From a virus (lineage: Duplodnaviria > Caudoviricetes): DNA of 25,500 nt. Position numbers and translations under genes: made by a program. The notes under the pieces were generated by a model. The model was given only the letters and a program-made list of their open reading frames with translations, had not been told where the DNA came from and ran no database searches. Where the stretch lies: positions 1-25,500 of the IMG/VR virus record IMGVR_UViG_3300049138_000150, one strand, 5' to 3'. This document shows, in pieces, positions 24,926 to 25,500 of the stretch; position 1 is the first letter of the stretch; each line of letters opens with the position of its first letter.

Positions 24926-25418
24926 GCCCCTCCGCGTGGGCTCCGTCTGCTCGGGCTACGGCGGGCTGGACCAGGCCGTGAAGCAGGTATTTCCAGACTC
25001 CGAACTCGTGTGGCTCGCCGACAACGACGCCGCCGCCGCGGAATTGCTCTCCATCAGATATCCGAACGTGCCGAATCTCGGCGACATCAAGAAAGTCGAC
25101 TGGTCCCGTGTCCCACCTATCGATTTGCTCGTCGGGGGATACCCCTGCCAGCCCTTCTCCGACGCCGGCTTCCGGGCCGGGCACGACGACCCGCGAGACC
25201 TCATCCCCGACGTCCTCGAAGCCATTCGCCTACTACGACCAGCCGTCATCCTGCTGGAGAACGTCGCCGGCCACCGACGGCGAGGATTCGGCAGAGTTCT
25301 CGGCGGCCTGGCCGAGATGGGGCTTCATGCGCGATGGCATAGCGTACGAGCTTCCGAAGCCGGAGCACCTCACCAACGCGAGCGTGTTTTCATCCTTGCC
25401 CACCCCAACGGCGGCTGA
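24918..25418 (+). CDS. C5 cytosine DNA methyltransferase, N-terminal part (motifs I-VIII)
   Basis: CSGYGG, GDI, GGYPCQPFS, ENV, APHQRERVF. The ORF stops right after motif VIII (166 aa). Confidence 0.9.
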   Translation: MTEPLRVGSVCSGYGGLDQAVKQVFPDSELVWLADNDAAAAELLSIRYPNVPNLGDIKKVDWSRVPPIDLLVGGYPCQPFSDAGFRAGHDDPRDLIPDVLEAIRLLRPAVILLENVAGHRRRGFGRVLGGLAEMGLHARWHSVRASEAGAPHQRERVFILAHPNGG

Positions 25419-25500
25419 TGCGGTTCGCGGACCCGACTACGCCAGGACCACTCGTGATGGAGCTGGTGGCGATGACCTTGTCACCTCCGTAGCCAAGCTC
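25327..25500 (+). CDS. Overlapping +1-frame ORF, probable second part of the methyltransferase (partial, start uncertain)
   Basis: Frame is open from 24982 to the window end and reads ...FAYYDQPSSCWRTS...WPRWGFMRDGIAYELP...SSLPTPTAADAVRGPD...DDLVTSVAKL. Candidate starts are GTG 25108 and ATG 25327. Confidence 0.65.
   Translation, partial: MRDGIAYELPKPEHLTNASVFSSLPTPTAADAVRGPDYARTTRDGAGGDDLVTSVAKL

Overview
High-GC actinobacterial phage or prophage segment, probably with a contractile tail. Left to right: three tail/baseplate genes and a holin-like membrane pair (+); a short leftward unit (359-aa and 63-aa ORFs, tRNA-Leu(CAA)); then a long rightward replication/recombination block (HTH replication initiator, DnaC-like loader, DnaB, primase, SNF2 helicase, MerR-like HTH, gp32-like SSB, family A DNA polymerase, class II RNR). 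An antisense initiator-like tRNA-Met follows, then RecA, small accessory genes and a split C5 DNA methyltransferase whose second part is in an overlapping +1 frame. No integrase, repressor, endolysin or CRISPR array was seen. Strongest unexplained signals: (1) two tandem 27-bp AT-rich palindromes (CAAC-N19-GTTG) inside a CDS that resemble the variable palindrome of RhuM-family genes; (2) a ~240-nt highly structured non-coding region upstream of recA; (3) a tRNA-Met leader hairpin complementary to the structured 5' leader of the leftward operon; (4) a motif shared by the initiator's upstream region and an AT-rich patch inside the SNF2 gene. Family names come from motif recognition by eye; no searches were run.
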